A stretch of DNA of 64,000 bases. It comes from Lepidodermella squamata. Its lineage: Eukaryota; Animalia; Gastrotricha. Location of the stretch: NCBI GenBank assembly GCA_047495785.1, contig JBLDXI010000054.1:1736001-1800000 (forward strand), in the 5' to 3' direction. Below the pieces are notes generated by a model. That model ran no database searches, was not told the DNA's origin, and worked only from the letters and a program-made list of their open reading frames with translations. Made by a program: the position numbers and the translations under genes. Positions 12,217 to 24,265 of the stretch are shown here, piece by piece. The stretch's first letter is position 1. Each line of letters opens with the position of its first letter.

Positions 12217-14138
12217 ATGATCGCGAAAATTCTCTTCCCGGCTCTACTTGGGCTGATTTATGCTCTTCATTTCTCTGCCGCGTTTAAATCGTTCCAGTCA
12301 TCTATACCGAACGGAGACCAAGTGCCAGATCCATGCGAACCTACCTCGATCTGGCAAGGCGTAGGACATGAGGATCCTCGCGGGGCTGGTCCAAGGAACC
12401 CGTTTGGCTCTGATTTCTTCAAAGCCGGAAAGGTCTGGACCCCTGAACTTTGCAACCTTGACAGCGATGGAGATGGGAAGACAAACGGTCAGGAGCTTGG
12501 CGATCCTAACTGTGTTTGGACGCCCGGCTCAACCCCAGCAGTAACAGACCAGAAACAGCTAGGCCACCCTGGAGTGTGCGAGCCAATAGATTCGCCGCTA
12601 TGCCTTGCGAAAAATACGTTTCTTAAAAGCTGTACAGCTTTGGGAAAGACAACGCCAGCGCCTTTAGCAGGTTGCCCAAGTCTTAGCGAACCTGGGGTTT
12701 ATGATAAAATCATCACGTTCGACAAGGCAAAGTTGTCGGACGAAGAAACGCAATACATTTGCCAAATTTTTGACATTCCATCCGATGAAGAATACGAGAT
12801 TATCGCGGTAAGCCATCGATATTACAGTTTTCTCACCTTAGTAATAATCGATTCTTTAATGATTAGTGGGAACCGATTGTCGATAATCGAGAGATCCTGC
12901 ATCATATGATTCTATATGGCTGCGAATACCCGTTTCAAAATCCAAGCGAACTGCCGTTCAAAGAGCCGAAGAAGTGTCGAATGGTTCCCGAATACTGCCC
13001 ATCGATGGTCGTCGTTTGGGCCTACGGCATCGCGGGTCAATGCTATTCCACCGAATTCGGGGCTGCCTTCGGTAAAGGCCACTACACCACGATGACCTTG
13101 CAGCATCACTACAACAACGACCAACGCAAGCCGGGATACGTTGACTCATCAGGCATCAGGATTTACTACCAGAAGAAGAAACGCCCGCAGAATAAGGGCT
13201 TGATAGCTGTTGGCGATATGTTGCTTAAAATCCCACCGAATATGCAAAGCTACCGCGTGACTAGCAAGCTATCGTCAGAATGCACGCGAAAATTGTTTAG
13301 CCCCGACCAGCCTTACCACATGGTCTCCCTTCTGATGCATATCCATAAACAGGGAAGCTACGGCCGTTTGGTGTTGAACAAGAAAAAGGCGGGTTATTCG
13401 ATAGTTCTCGTCGATGAAGCGATCACGTATGACAAGCCGAAAACTGCGCTTTGGACCGGGGACCATCAAGTTATCCTTGAGCCAGGGGATGAGATAACTC
13501 TCACTTGCGGCTACAACACGTTGAACAAGAAGGATTGGTCCTTCTTTGGATCACAAACAGCTGATGAGATGTGTTACTATTTCATCGATGGTAAGTTAAA
13601 AAATTTTCATTAAAATATAGTTGAAACTCGATTTCGTTTGATAGTCTATCCAAGACCTTACAACCTGAACTATATGATGCCGGCGAGTTTGGGCGATATT
13701 GATTTCTGCGAACAATATCCCGCTCCAGGTCAGCCATGGGCAGCGCGTGGGTGCGATTTCAACGTTTTCTACCGCAGATTCGGAGCCACACCAGGGAAAC
13801 CAGTGACTGCGGACCTCGCTGAGGTAATGTCGAATTGCGGTTGCATGGAATCATACCCTGCCAAGGGCTGTTCTTCGAAATGCTACAACACCATGAAAAA
13901 GTACAATTTATTCGGTGATGCGTGCATTGCCAGCGACAATGTTTTCATGATGGGGATGCAGCCGTTTTACGACGACTCGGAAATTTTAATTCGAGCTCAA
14001 TCGCAGATGGATGTATGCCAAAAGCTGGGCTCTGAACCTTTGTCGAGCGAAACATGCGCCTTCCGAAATTCGGCCAGCTCGATGATGCAGGCGTTCCTTA
14101 TTGTTCCAACACTCGCCTTGTTCGCTTCATTGTTTTGA
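12217..14138 (+). CDS. Temptin-domain copper type II ascorbate-dependent monooxygenase (DBH/MOXD-like), no DOMON domain, hydrophobic C-tail
   Basis: Temptin motifs IPNG, WQGVGH, RNPFG, DSDGDGKTNGQELGDPNCVW. Introns 12808-12866 and 13591-13644 restore HHMILYGC, LQHHY, HIH and DEMC copper ligands. Confidence 0.9.
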
Positions 14139-14454
14139 CTTATTTTGATTCAATGATTTGATTAAAAATTCATAATTCTCTGCAATGTGGTCTTGAGCTA
14201 CTGCTGATTCAATATTTCTTCAAACTTTTGATTGATCGCGAAGTTAATCGACTTCTTTAAAGTTAAAGAAAGGGGATTTTGTGTTTTGATTCATGATTCA
14301 TGCGGACTTCGATCCTTATTTTACTCTAAGATCAAAAAGACTTTTCGAATTCTCCTGATTAAAATCTACTTATATTACCCACATTATCTTGATGAGAACA
14401 AGCCGGAGCATGCTATTACTATTACTCTTAGAGAAGGACATTTTGTCTTATTAA

Positions 14455-15704
14455 TCAGCTCGAAACAGCTACTCGAGTGGGAAAAATGTCCCATGCGTGG
14501 CTTATCAACTTTGAAAGAAACTGAGTCACTCTATGAATGAAACCAGGCTTCAAGCTTTGCAAAGCCGGAGCGACTGCCATTTCAAGTGTCAGAACAAGAA
14601 CAGATAATTTGTACAAATCTGAAGATAAAATCAGAGGACCAACACTGCCGAAAAGCGTGAGTAGGATGAAACAGAAAATAACGGGGCCATGGAACAGCGT
14701 GTAGACTAGGAAAAACATCAGAGACTGCTTAGCGAAGAAGGTTTCTCTAGCTATCCAATCGGATTCTCGTTTTTCAGATAGGCTCAACCTTCTTGTAAGT
14801 TGTGTCTGGCGGGGCATTGGATTTGAAGTCCTTGATTTAGTTTCAGCTGTGGATTTCCTTCTGGCATCTCGGATAGCTTTGAAAACCCTCCTTTATTCAA
14901 ATATAACTATACAATGTATTCATCACTGGACTCAAAATTTACCAGTAGTTGCGAGCTAAGATTGCGTCAGGAATAGCGACCACCGCTCCAACAACCAGAA
15001 GACGTAGGAAAGCTGAATCCAAACTTCCAATCAGCCTGTACTCGAAATTTGCGCAGATAGGAACTGAAGACGTTTCGTTCAAGCCGCTGGCATTAACACT
15101 GATCTGGACATTGATATTGAAGGGATACAACACAACAGGGGTGAATACAAAAATGACCACGGCAAACAACAGGAGGGCGTAAATAAGTGTCTGTTGGAAA
15201 TTCATATTACACAATTTTCGGTGATGAATAGAAGGAAACTACCTTTCTTAGACTAAACTGGGCATTCGTGTTCTTCGATGCAACACAAAGCATTCGTTCG
15301 TAACTGATGAGCATCATGATTTGAGGGCTGAAACCTGCTGCGAAGAACATGACAGAGCACAAAACCGTGCAAGACGTACTGCCGAATGCCCAAGAACCAT
15401 CACGAGTGGTTATTGCCATTGCCGTAGAGAAAGAAACGCAGAAAATCGTATTTGTCGCAGCTAGAATCGCAACGAGAGCAAGGAAGTTCGTCCTAACATT
15501 TCTCTTGTAGTAAGCAACGATATTGATGATGTTGGAAACTGCCACAGAGCAAGTTATTATCCAAAACACTGCAGTATAAGCCAATCGGTCTTTATAGGTC
15601 TGAGCCGGGCTGTTGAGACTGCCAATGAAAAAGAATCTGTCCACTTCGTAGCCATGGTCGGGAATCTTCAAAGAAAGCCACGAACTATCGTGGAATGTAC
15701 TCAT
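14455..15704 (-). CDS. Divergent rhodopsin-like (class A) orphan GPCR
   Basis: Introns 15191-15242 and 14891-14942 join three ORFs. TM1 Asn (VSNI), WAFG..C in ECL1, SYERM at the DRY position, TM6 FHGP, TM7 VAP. Confidence 0.8.
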
Positions 15705-16041
15705 TTCATTCAGCTGCAGCTTGTAGTGATAGAATAATCTTAGATACTGCGCACTCTGAATTAGTGTCAGTGCATTGATTTTCATAGTGTTAGAACTACC
15801 CAGCAGGGCATCGATACATGCATAATTATTGAAATTGAACTGCCTCATACAAGTTGGAGATCCAATATCCAAAGTCGCTGTTAATCAATGGCTCTGATAC
15901 GACATTGCACCACCTAATTAGGATGCATTTTATTAGCTCAGAATCGATAATCTTTGCTGCCTGAAAAGCTTAAATTACCAGAATAAGCAAAGTTGCGCGG
16001 ATTTCTTCGAACTGCTTGTGAAAATTGTGGCTGAAATTTTT

Positions 16042-17091
16042 TTAACATTGCTCGCCACTTCTCAAAGGGAGAGTCTCGCTAGGCTCAACGGCGCTTTCTC
16101 GCCTCTTACATCGAGGCCAGTCGATGGATGTAATAAACAATCTGAAAGCATTCAAAAAAGCCATCGGGGTCGATATAAGTAATGAAAGGATGTGCGCTCT
16201 GAAATCAGGCGCAGTTTCCAGTCTAGCCATGAATAGAACAATCATTCCAACATAAAACCCACAATTCACACAGTTTATCGCGAAAATCGACCAAGCCCGC
16301 TGTTTCTCTTCTCTCGTTCTGAAGAAGATCGATCCCCGTCGCTTCACTGACCGGTTTCTCAGCTCAAGGCAGTATTTAATCAGCTTTTTCGTGTAATAAT
16401 TGACAACAAATTGCATGACGATGGTGACTAGCCAGAAGGATGGTCGTTGCGTTCTTCCGATCAGGTAAATTATCGCATTGCAAGAGACTGGGAAGAAGTA
16501 GTGGTACCTGCAAAATCGCTCCGAATTGAAAACTGACCAAGCCTCAATACCTTCGTCGACCACCAACTCATGCCGAATGATTCGATTTTCGATTCTCAAA
16601 GCCATTGCAGCGAATATATAAGACGCGCATCCTGATACAAAGGTCGGGGCAATATTGGCCAAAGCTATGATTTTATCATCGGCGAAATTCAGAAGCAGAA
16701 AGGTTGTGCATTGCAACATTTGAATGTAGGAGTGACGGAAGACTCGACGGGGAATTTCTTGAAAATTCTGATCTTCATCCGGCGTGCAGAGTAGGCAAAC
16801 GTTGCAAGTCCCTAGCAGTATCAACGCGACCAAATGAATGAGCCCAGCATCGAGGTAAAAGCGATAGATCAAGTTTGAATGGCACACATGAGGGTCAATC
16901 GTGAAGTTTTCGTATTTCCTATAGTATTCATGGTACTTCGCGCATCGGATCGATAGCTCGGAAAATTGGGTGGTCACGACATAGGAAGCTGCGTGGCAAA
17001 TGAGAAGAACAAGTGTTAGGGCCGTTGAGGTTACAACGCAGAGTTTGAACTCGCCGATAACAGATTGCCTTGTATCAAGCCGTTCCATCAT
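16042..17091 (-). CDS. Orphan intronless multi-pass membrane protein (7-8 TM), paralog 1
   Basis: 349 aa ORF with ~8 hydrophobic segments. Shares WSVFxSxRFC..H..FP..CNA..Y.IG with its neighbour. Confidence 0.75.
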   Translation of the reverse strand: MMERLDTRQSVIGEFKLCVVTSTALTLVLLICHAASYVVTTQFSELSIRCAKYHEYYRKYENFTIDPHVCHSNLIYRFYLDAGLIHLVALILLGTCNVCLLCTPDEDQNFQEIPRRVFRHSYIQMLQCTTFLLLNFADDKIIALANIAPTFVSGCASYIFAAMALRIENRIIRHELVVDEGIEAWSVFNSERFCRYHYFFPVSCNAIIYLIGRTQRPSFWLVTIVMQFVVNYYTKKLIKYCLELRNRSVKRRGSIFFRTREEKQRAWSIFAINCVNCGFYVGMIVLFMARLETAPDFRAHILSLLISTPMAFLNAFRLFITSIDWPRCKRRESAVEPSETLPLRSGEQC

Positions 17092-17274
17092 ATTTTAGCC
17101 TTGAAATTGGGCAATTGAGACACCAAACTCCGTACAAATAAAAAAACCAGTAATTCGCCGGTTAGCTAATCAAATTGAGGTCTGCCTGCAAAAAAGTAAC
17201 TCCCAGTAGGTCAAACAATGATGATCCAACATTAGACTGAATTATTCGCGAGATAATCATTAGTTTATTTTATT

Positions 17275-18213
17275 CTAGATCATTGGATCTCGTGAAACTG
17301 ATGCGAGGCTCATTGGCCTGAATAAATGGTACAGCATATTAGCGAAAGCAATGAGTGATGTTAATACGAAAACAATGATATGAATCATCGATTCACGTGG
17401 GTCAGAGTTGAATTCAAGCACAAACCAAGCTAAAGTCAGCCCTAGTAGGCTGCAGTGTACCAAATTAACGAGAAACAACATCCAAGACCCGCGAACAGGC
17501 GATTCGTCTGGCTCAGCTCGATTGCTGTTCGACTTGGAGTCGATCAACCGAGTTAAGTAGTAAGCGGCCATAAGGTGGACGAAAACGATAGGGAGCCAAA
17601 ACTTGGCATCTTGCCAATTTCCTATGAAGTACACTGCTGCATTGCAGAAGGCAGGAAAGCACCAGTGTGAGATGCAGAATCGTTTCGAGTGGAAAACTGA
17701 CCAAGACTCCTCCCATTCGTCACCAGTTAATTCTTCACTGATAATCTTGCTTTCGATGTAAAACGCCAAGGTAGCGAAAGTATAGACTGAAAATCCAGCT
17801 ACTATTGCCGCCCCCAAATTCGCTATGAAAACAGTTTGATCTCCAGTGAATGCCGATACCATGTAGCTTGTGAATTGGAGGCTTAGAATGAAAGATTGAA
17901 TGATCAATTGGCAGGAAAATCGACGAATGTCAAACTCTCTCCTCCACAAAAACCGGTACAAAATGACGGATAGATTGATTAGGAAAGCTGTAGTGGTTGA
18001 TGCAGCAGTTTTTAGGTAGAGATAATCGATAGAATTAGCTGTGTAACACCAATCTTTGACAGCTTCACATGTTTTGAAGTATCCAGACAGCTCCGTAGAG
18101 ATGAAGTATGATGGTATCAGGTAGAATAATAACAGAAGGCTGATAACATTCGCGCTGACGAGCGAAGCCTTGAAAACTCTCACGATTTTCTCCTCAAGAA
18201 TGCTCTCATGCAT
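17275..18213 (-). CDS. Orphan intronless multi-pass membrane protein (7-8 TM), paralog 2
   Basis: Likely start MHESILEE. Same motif set and hydrophobic pattern as 16042-17091. Confidence 0.75.
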   Translation of the reverse strand: MHESILEEKIVRVFKASLVSANVISLLLLFYLIPSYFISTELSGYFKTCEAVKDWCYTANSIDYLYLKTAASTTTAFLINLSVILYRFLWRREFDIRRFSCQLIIQSFILSLQFTSYMVSAFTGDQTVFIANLGAAIVAGFSVYTFATLAFYIESKIISEELTGDEWEESWSVFHSKRFCISHWCFPAFCNAAVYFIGNWQDAKFWLPIVFVHLMAAYYLTRLIDSKSNSNRAEPDESPVRGSWMLFLVNLVHCSLLGLTLAWFVLEFNSDPRESMIHIIVFVLTSLIAFANMLYHLFRPMSLASVSRDPMI

Positions 18214-18407
18214 GTTTTTGAATTTCAGGATACAAAAGCGTGTATTAAAACAAAATGTTATACTACTTCTGCGGCATATTATCGATTTTATTATTACAAT
18301 TCTAAACACACAATGCGTATAAGCCAAAGCCCAAATGGCTGAATCATCGATTTTTTCAACTAATCGAGTTTTATTGCTGCCATGAGGCTTTAGGACAATT
18401 TTTGGGC

Positions 18408-18883
18408 CTATTGCATAAGTCGATCGAGTTTTGAATCAACTGCGTAGTATCCCCTTTGGCTTTGAGGAATGAACATGCGCCAGAAGGATTTCGGCCAGAA
18501 AGTCCGCCCACCAATCGGCGGGAGAATATCACGAGTATTGCATAGATCTCCATCGTCGCAGCAAGCGCATCGGCACGGATTAACAATAGAGTCGCAATTT
18601 TCGTTCACCTGTGAGCATTGATCTTCGAAACAACTCGTCTGTTGTATGCACATCGCGATTTCACTGAAAAATTTGACGTAAAATTGGAATTTTGGGGAAT
18701 AACTTCTTACCTTCTACCGCCGTATTGTCTGTCAAAACTGACCCTCAAGCAACTACGACAGTGCGATTCACTTTCGACGATATTACTATCAACACCATGA
18801 GATTCGTAGCATGACAAAGTTTCACATAGAGCTACGGGAATGATGCTTAGCAAAACTGTTCCTAAAATCAGTTTGGTCTGCAT
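18408..18883 (-). CDS. Secreted Ly6/uPAR (three-finger-like) cysteine-rich protein
   Basis: Signal peptide followed by LSCY. Intron 18664-18710. C-terminal CCDDGDLCN motif typical of LU domains. Confidence 0.75.
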
Positions 18884-19120
18884 CCCGAAATTATTGTTTA
18901 AAATGAATGAGACTCTCGATTCACCCATCTTTATTCATATATAGCACTAGGTAAATATTTTGTCATCAGATCAAGAGTTTTTCCTTCCTCTTTAACCCAC
19001 GATATCATTGGGGGATGGTCATTCGGGTGGGTAAATAATGTAGGTCGCAAGCTTCCGCCGAATCGCCAATATCATTCATTTTTTATTTGATTTTATATGA
19101 AAATGGACAACAGAAAGCAC

Positions 19121-20422
19121 TTATTCAACTGACGTCCTGTTCGCATCTCTCTCCAAGCCACTGAACAACCGACTCTTCTCACCAGCCGTGTAATCGATTA
19201 AAATCAGAAAATAAGTCATTAGAGTCGCTAAAAGCTGTAAAAATTAGACAAAAAGTAGACATCGCTTCAGGACGAAAAAATGACTTACAGCAAAGACAAT
19301 TTTCCGCCTCAGCTTGATCAATCCGACTAGGGTCAGACAAACATGGTTGCTCTTGACTTGATGCAGTAATATCGACAACTGAAGTAGAGTTGGCGTATCT
19401 CTTGTTCGGTAACGCAATCGGAACAACTTTGTTCTAACACGTTCCGATGATCGCTCAAGGTATGAAGAAGGACCCAGGACTAGAATAACAGCCAATATTG
19501 ACGTAAATGCCCAGATTGCCTCGAAAAACTTGAGTAAAGGCGTTGAAGCCAGCACAATACCGTAAATGTGTTGTAGAGAGGCTAAAAAGCCGAAACCAAT
19601 TGAAAATAGTGTCGCAGGATGGATAGCTCGATCTAAATGGCGGACAGTTCGCATCAATTCACAGTGCCTAGTCTGGATTGTCTCGATCAGCCAGATGTCC
19701 GTATTTTTCTTCGCTATGTCGAACAAATCGCCTTTCGCGAGTTTCGCTATGAAATTCCCCAGTGCGACGAACTTCCACGCAACGAGAATTGCACATGCCG
19801 ATATTGTAAACAGTGAAAAGACAATTCCCGTATCAGACACGAAGCTGAAAGCAACCCATGAAACACTGAGAATGTAGTAAAGATCGGTGCGGTTTCGCGG
19901 GATTAGCATATCTAGAGGGGTGGACCAACCGGGCACGGCTGACGGCTTTAAACCAAGTGCTGTAGCCACGAAAATAGTGTTGGATCCGTACATAATCCAG
20001 CCGAGAAAGAAGGCTATGATGAAGAGTCTGTTGCGTCGTTTAAGGTACTGACCAGCGACTTCTGGTCCGAAAATGGTAGCATCGATAGTTTCAAAAACGA
20101 TTGGTTGAAATTTGTTACGCAATGATCCGATAACCACTACGGTTCTCACGATTGCCCCGGCTGTGTAATATGTTGTCAAAACTATCAAGGTGAAGGTCAT
20201 CTCTATACTGCTGGCATGTGGGGACTGACTGGCGTAAGGCCATGCTAGTGACGAAGCTATCCGCCCAGCATTCAGCCAGGCAATTAGGATGAGAATGATA
20301 CAGTAAACCTTGTAGTAGGTTCCACTGTTTTTGTCTGGATCTCGGTTCCAATTTGGCGCCAAACCGAGATATCTGCAACAGATGAGGAAAGGCTTCAAGC
20401 TCAAGTCTGACAGTTCAGACAT
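19121..20422 (-). CDS. Gustatory receptor-like (GRL/7TMIC) protein, paralog 2
   Basis: Near-identical to 6259-7558. Phase-0 intron 19235-19288. TM7 TYFLILIDY. Confidence 0.85.
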
Positions 20423-20721
20423 AATATCCGTTTTCGAATCAGTCTGAAAACTCGAAACATTCTTCTGCGCGACAATGACGTTCACATCGCCAAAACACCG
20501 TTAATTATTTACTATATTCAAGCTCTTCAACGAGTGCGTGCATGGCGCCAGTGAACTAAGGGCTAAAGTGGGTGTGATGATGGCTGTGTGTGCGGCATTT
20601 TCACGTGAAAGATTGCTAACTAATAGTTAGCATGATCCCCCTCATCAAGGTGGCTATAATAGCTAAGTGTGATGAAATTTACGCCCCACACCTTAATGTT
20701 GGCACGAAAAACCGCAAAAAA

Positions 20722-23014
20722 ATGAAAGTTGAAATTCTCTATTTTATTCTAATTATTGTTCTCAATGCTCATCTCAGTAAAGCGGATGTTTTGTCGGAGT
20801 ATGTTGAGACAGTTCGAGCCTCATTATTGCAAGTAGCGAGACAAAACCGAACATCAGGATTTTTCGCCCTTCCGAACGAGTTTCCATGGACGGTAGGACT
20901 TCATAAATGCATGGATTTTCTCATTTCTCATTGATTAAGGCTCGCTTGGAAATATTTTTTCCCGACTCTCAAACTCGGCGGTTCTGTGAGGGAGTGCTGA
21001 TATCGCCTTTTTGGATCTTAACAGCAGCCCATTGCCTGTCCGACGGACGTGGAGCTAATGCCTCATTTTGTATCGTTCATCTCGGAAAACACGACCTTGT
21101 TAAACAGAGAGAAACCGGAGAGATGCGACAGCCTGCCGAGCAATATTTCATCCACCCTAATTACACCCCGAACCGGCTGAATTACGACTTCGCTTTGGTC
21201 AAAATGAACTCTCCTGTTCGTTACTCGAGAGCTGTTGAGGCCATTGAGTTGCCCGATTACGCTTTTTGTTCGTCAAGGTACGATTATGGAACCAGACCGC
21301 CTTTCATCGATGGCGGGTGTATATTCGGAGTTTCAAGCGGCTGGAGCCAATCTGCAACAGTACTCCAAAAATCGTTTCTACCTCTGAATCCATTTTCTTT
21401 TTGCCTGAATTCATTCCAAAATGATTCAAGGCACTACTCTGATTCGAAGCTATGCGCTGGTGGGGTTAGTGCAGCTGAGGATCCGTGTAACCGAGATGCT
21501 GGCGGGCCGCTAATGTGCCAAGGCTCAGATTCCAAGCTTGTTCTCATTGGCATTTCTTCCTACAGCGACACGAGGGGCTGTGTCATGAGCAAACCTACTC
21601 CGACTATTTTTGCTCGAGTTTGCAAAGCGTTAGAATGGATTCATGAAAACATCGGCTCTTTCCCTATAACACTCATGAGAGATTCGAACAGGCACCAAGG
21701 TAACACGCCGCTGTTCCATAACGTACAATCCTAATTTTGCTTTTCAAAGACTGCGGCACCTATCCTTTGGTCTATAATGGAGTTGTTACAGCCTTTGGCA
21801 ACGCTTCAGGCTGGCAGGTGAAATGTGACAATGGATTTGTTACCACAACCGGGTCATCTTATGGCTGGCTTGGGTGTGTTGATGGTATTTGGGTCCAGGA
21901 TAACCCCTGCGTTCGGAAAGGTGAGCCTCGCAATTTCTTGGGCATACCTTTAATGAAAATTTTCAGATTCCAATTCAGTCCAATCGGCCACTACGATTGA
22001 AGTGGTAATCCATTGATGACTAGGTTTCTGGATCGTTTGCTTTTTTGATCGCTCATTATTTTTCAGGATCACCAGGAGCTGAGGCGTCTGTTTAGCGAGG
22101 CTTGTGTCACTGGGGACATTACTAGCTTTCAAAATGTCTACGCCCAACTTCGAGCCGCCGAACCTGATATGGAGAAGATAATTCGTTGGAGAGACCCTAC
22201 GATCAATTGCTCCTGTTCAATCTGCCTACAGAATTCTACTTTCCTTCACAAAACTCTTCAATGTAACGCGCAGGATGTCGACGTAATTGCCAGTCTCCTA
22301 ATTGACCTCGGGGTCGATATCAACGCCTCAGAGGCCTATACCAACAAAACAGCTCTTATCTTCGCTTCTCAGTTGGGCAGGGCAGATATAGTGAGAATTC
22401 TTTTGAGAAAACGTGTCAATATCACCCATCGGGACATCTACGGTCTATCCGCTCTGATCTACGCCACGAGGCAGGGTTTTCTACAAGTTGTTAGATCTCT
22501 GCTGTCATCTGGAGCGAATGCGAATGAAATAATCATTGGAGGATCGACTCCGCTAATCATTGCTTCAGTTAACAATAGGACATCGGTCGCGGAAATTCTA
22601 CTTCAAAACGGGGCGAGAAATACAATTGATCGACTAGATGAAATTTTTGGGAAAAGCGCGTTGATGCATGCTGTTAGCGGCAAATTCTTTGATCTGGCGC
22701 GAGTTTTACTTCGAAATGGAGCTGATCCTGATATTAGAGCTGAGAACTGTTTGAACCGAGGCTGCAACTGGTCGGGTTACACTGCCCTCATGTTTGCAGC
22801 AGAAGCTGGAGAGGTGGTAATGTCTCGCCTTCTTTTGGATCGTGGGGCTGATATTGACGTGGTGACGTTGTCGCAAGACGGGAAATTACAACCATTTACA
22901 GCTTTGGTCTTAGCTGCTGCGAATAACCATGTCGAAATGGTGCGATTGCTTCTTCGCAGGGGAGCTTCAAGGCTTGGCTGTATGAACCACATCCTTTGTA
23001 AAATGACAATTTGA
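20722..23014 (+). CDS. Signal peptide + inactive trypsin-like domain + CCP/sushi + ankyrin repeats (~695 aa, 5 exons)
   Basis: GT-AG introns 20893-20939, 21700-21749, 21921-21966 and 22005-22066 keep one open frame. TAAHC and DFAL are present but GDSGG has become RDAGG. Four-Cys CCP exon. TAL/TPL ankyrin repeats. Confidence 0.75.
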
Positions 23015-23076
23015 AACTCAGCATATCACAACAAAAATATTTTATTAATAATAAAAGTCTTTCTATAAACATTTAG

Positions 23077-24265
23077 TCAGGCCATCATCAAGATTACAAT
23101 GAGGAAATCGAAGATAATCATGATTATACTGATTGCGATGAAAAATGCTCTGTCGATGAAAATCAGGCCAATGACATTGCCGCATATTTTGTTTCGAGCC
23201 CAGTTTTGGGCTGATAGGTATAACATCACCAGGCTATGGATTGAAATTAGGAACCCCGCGAGAAACTGAACGAGGATGAAAACTGTAATGTAAGACATCT
23301 CCGCGGTTTCTGGTAGGAGGCTGGAGATTGTGGTTTGAAGGAACAAGTCCGTGAGCAACACTAGTTCGATTGACTCGTAAAGTAAAGTGATTTAACTGAG
23401 CTTGATAAAAGAACTTACAAGTGACACTGTAGATAGCTCTTTCAGCATCTTCATGACTCATTAGTCCAGTCATACATTGCAGAATCTGAAGAGCAAACCA
23501 TGGTACGAGGATGTTAGCGACATATGTTGTACTTTTTCGTTTGAAACTGAACTCTATAATGACCTGGCCGAATATCTTTGAAGATCCCGGCGTTTCAACG
23601 GTGCTATTCCTATAAGTTTGGCCGATGAGTTCCCAAACATCCGTCTTGCCTATGAAATTTTCATTTGCTATCCAAAGAGAATCGGGCTTCATGTGGAAAT
23701 TAAAGCGATTCATATTTTGGGCCGACTCAAAAATGATTTCACAATTCTGGGTATCAAACGGGAATTTCATGAAATTCATCTCGCATAGAACGCTGAATTC
23801 CTTCAATATCATCCAAGACACACTTCCGTCGGAGTAAAAGTAAATATATGTTGACTTCTGAACAGTCTCGAAGGGCATCAAATCTGTTGCACCATTCTTA
23901 AGAACTATAACTGGATGCCATAGCTTGCTTGCTTGGAATCGGATGCTGCTAACGTCTTTGTATACAGGATCATCAGACCAAACTGTGCATGGATGGTTCC
24001 ATCTAATCTCCGTCCTCGCCGTAAAAGTGAAAGTCTCATCGCGATCAATGAGGCTGCGAAATTCGATTGCGATGAAAATGATATTCATGTCGAGTGGAGT
24101 GCTGAAATTCAAGCTTGGGCGGGATTGGCTTAAGAGATCGCATTTCTGGGTGAAAAGTTCCAACAAGTAACCCTCCTGGGACTGGAAAGTTCTCTCCGGT
24201 GAAAGATCACACCATATCCCAGCTGAAAACGCAATATTCAGAGCAGCAGTTGCAAGATGATGCAT
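23077..24265 (-). CDS. Atypical Cys-loop LGIC subunit B (~376 aa), duplicate of A
   Basis: Cys loop CEMNFMKFPFDTQNC. M2 intron 23361-23418. Confidence 0.9.
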
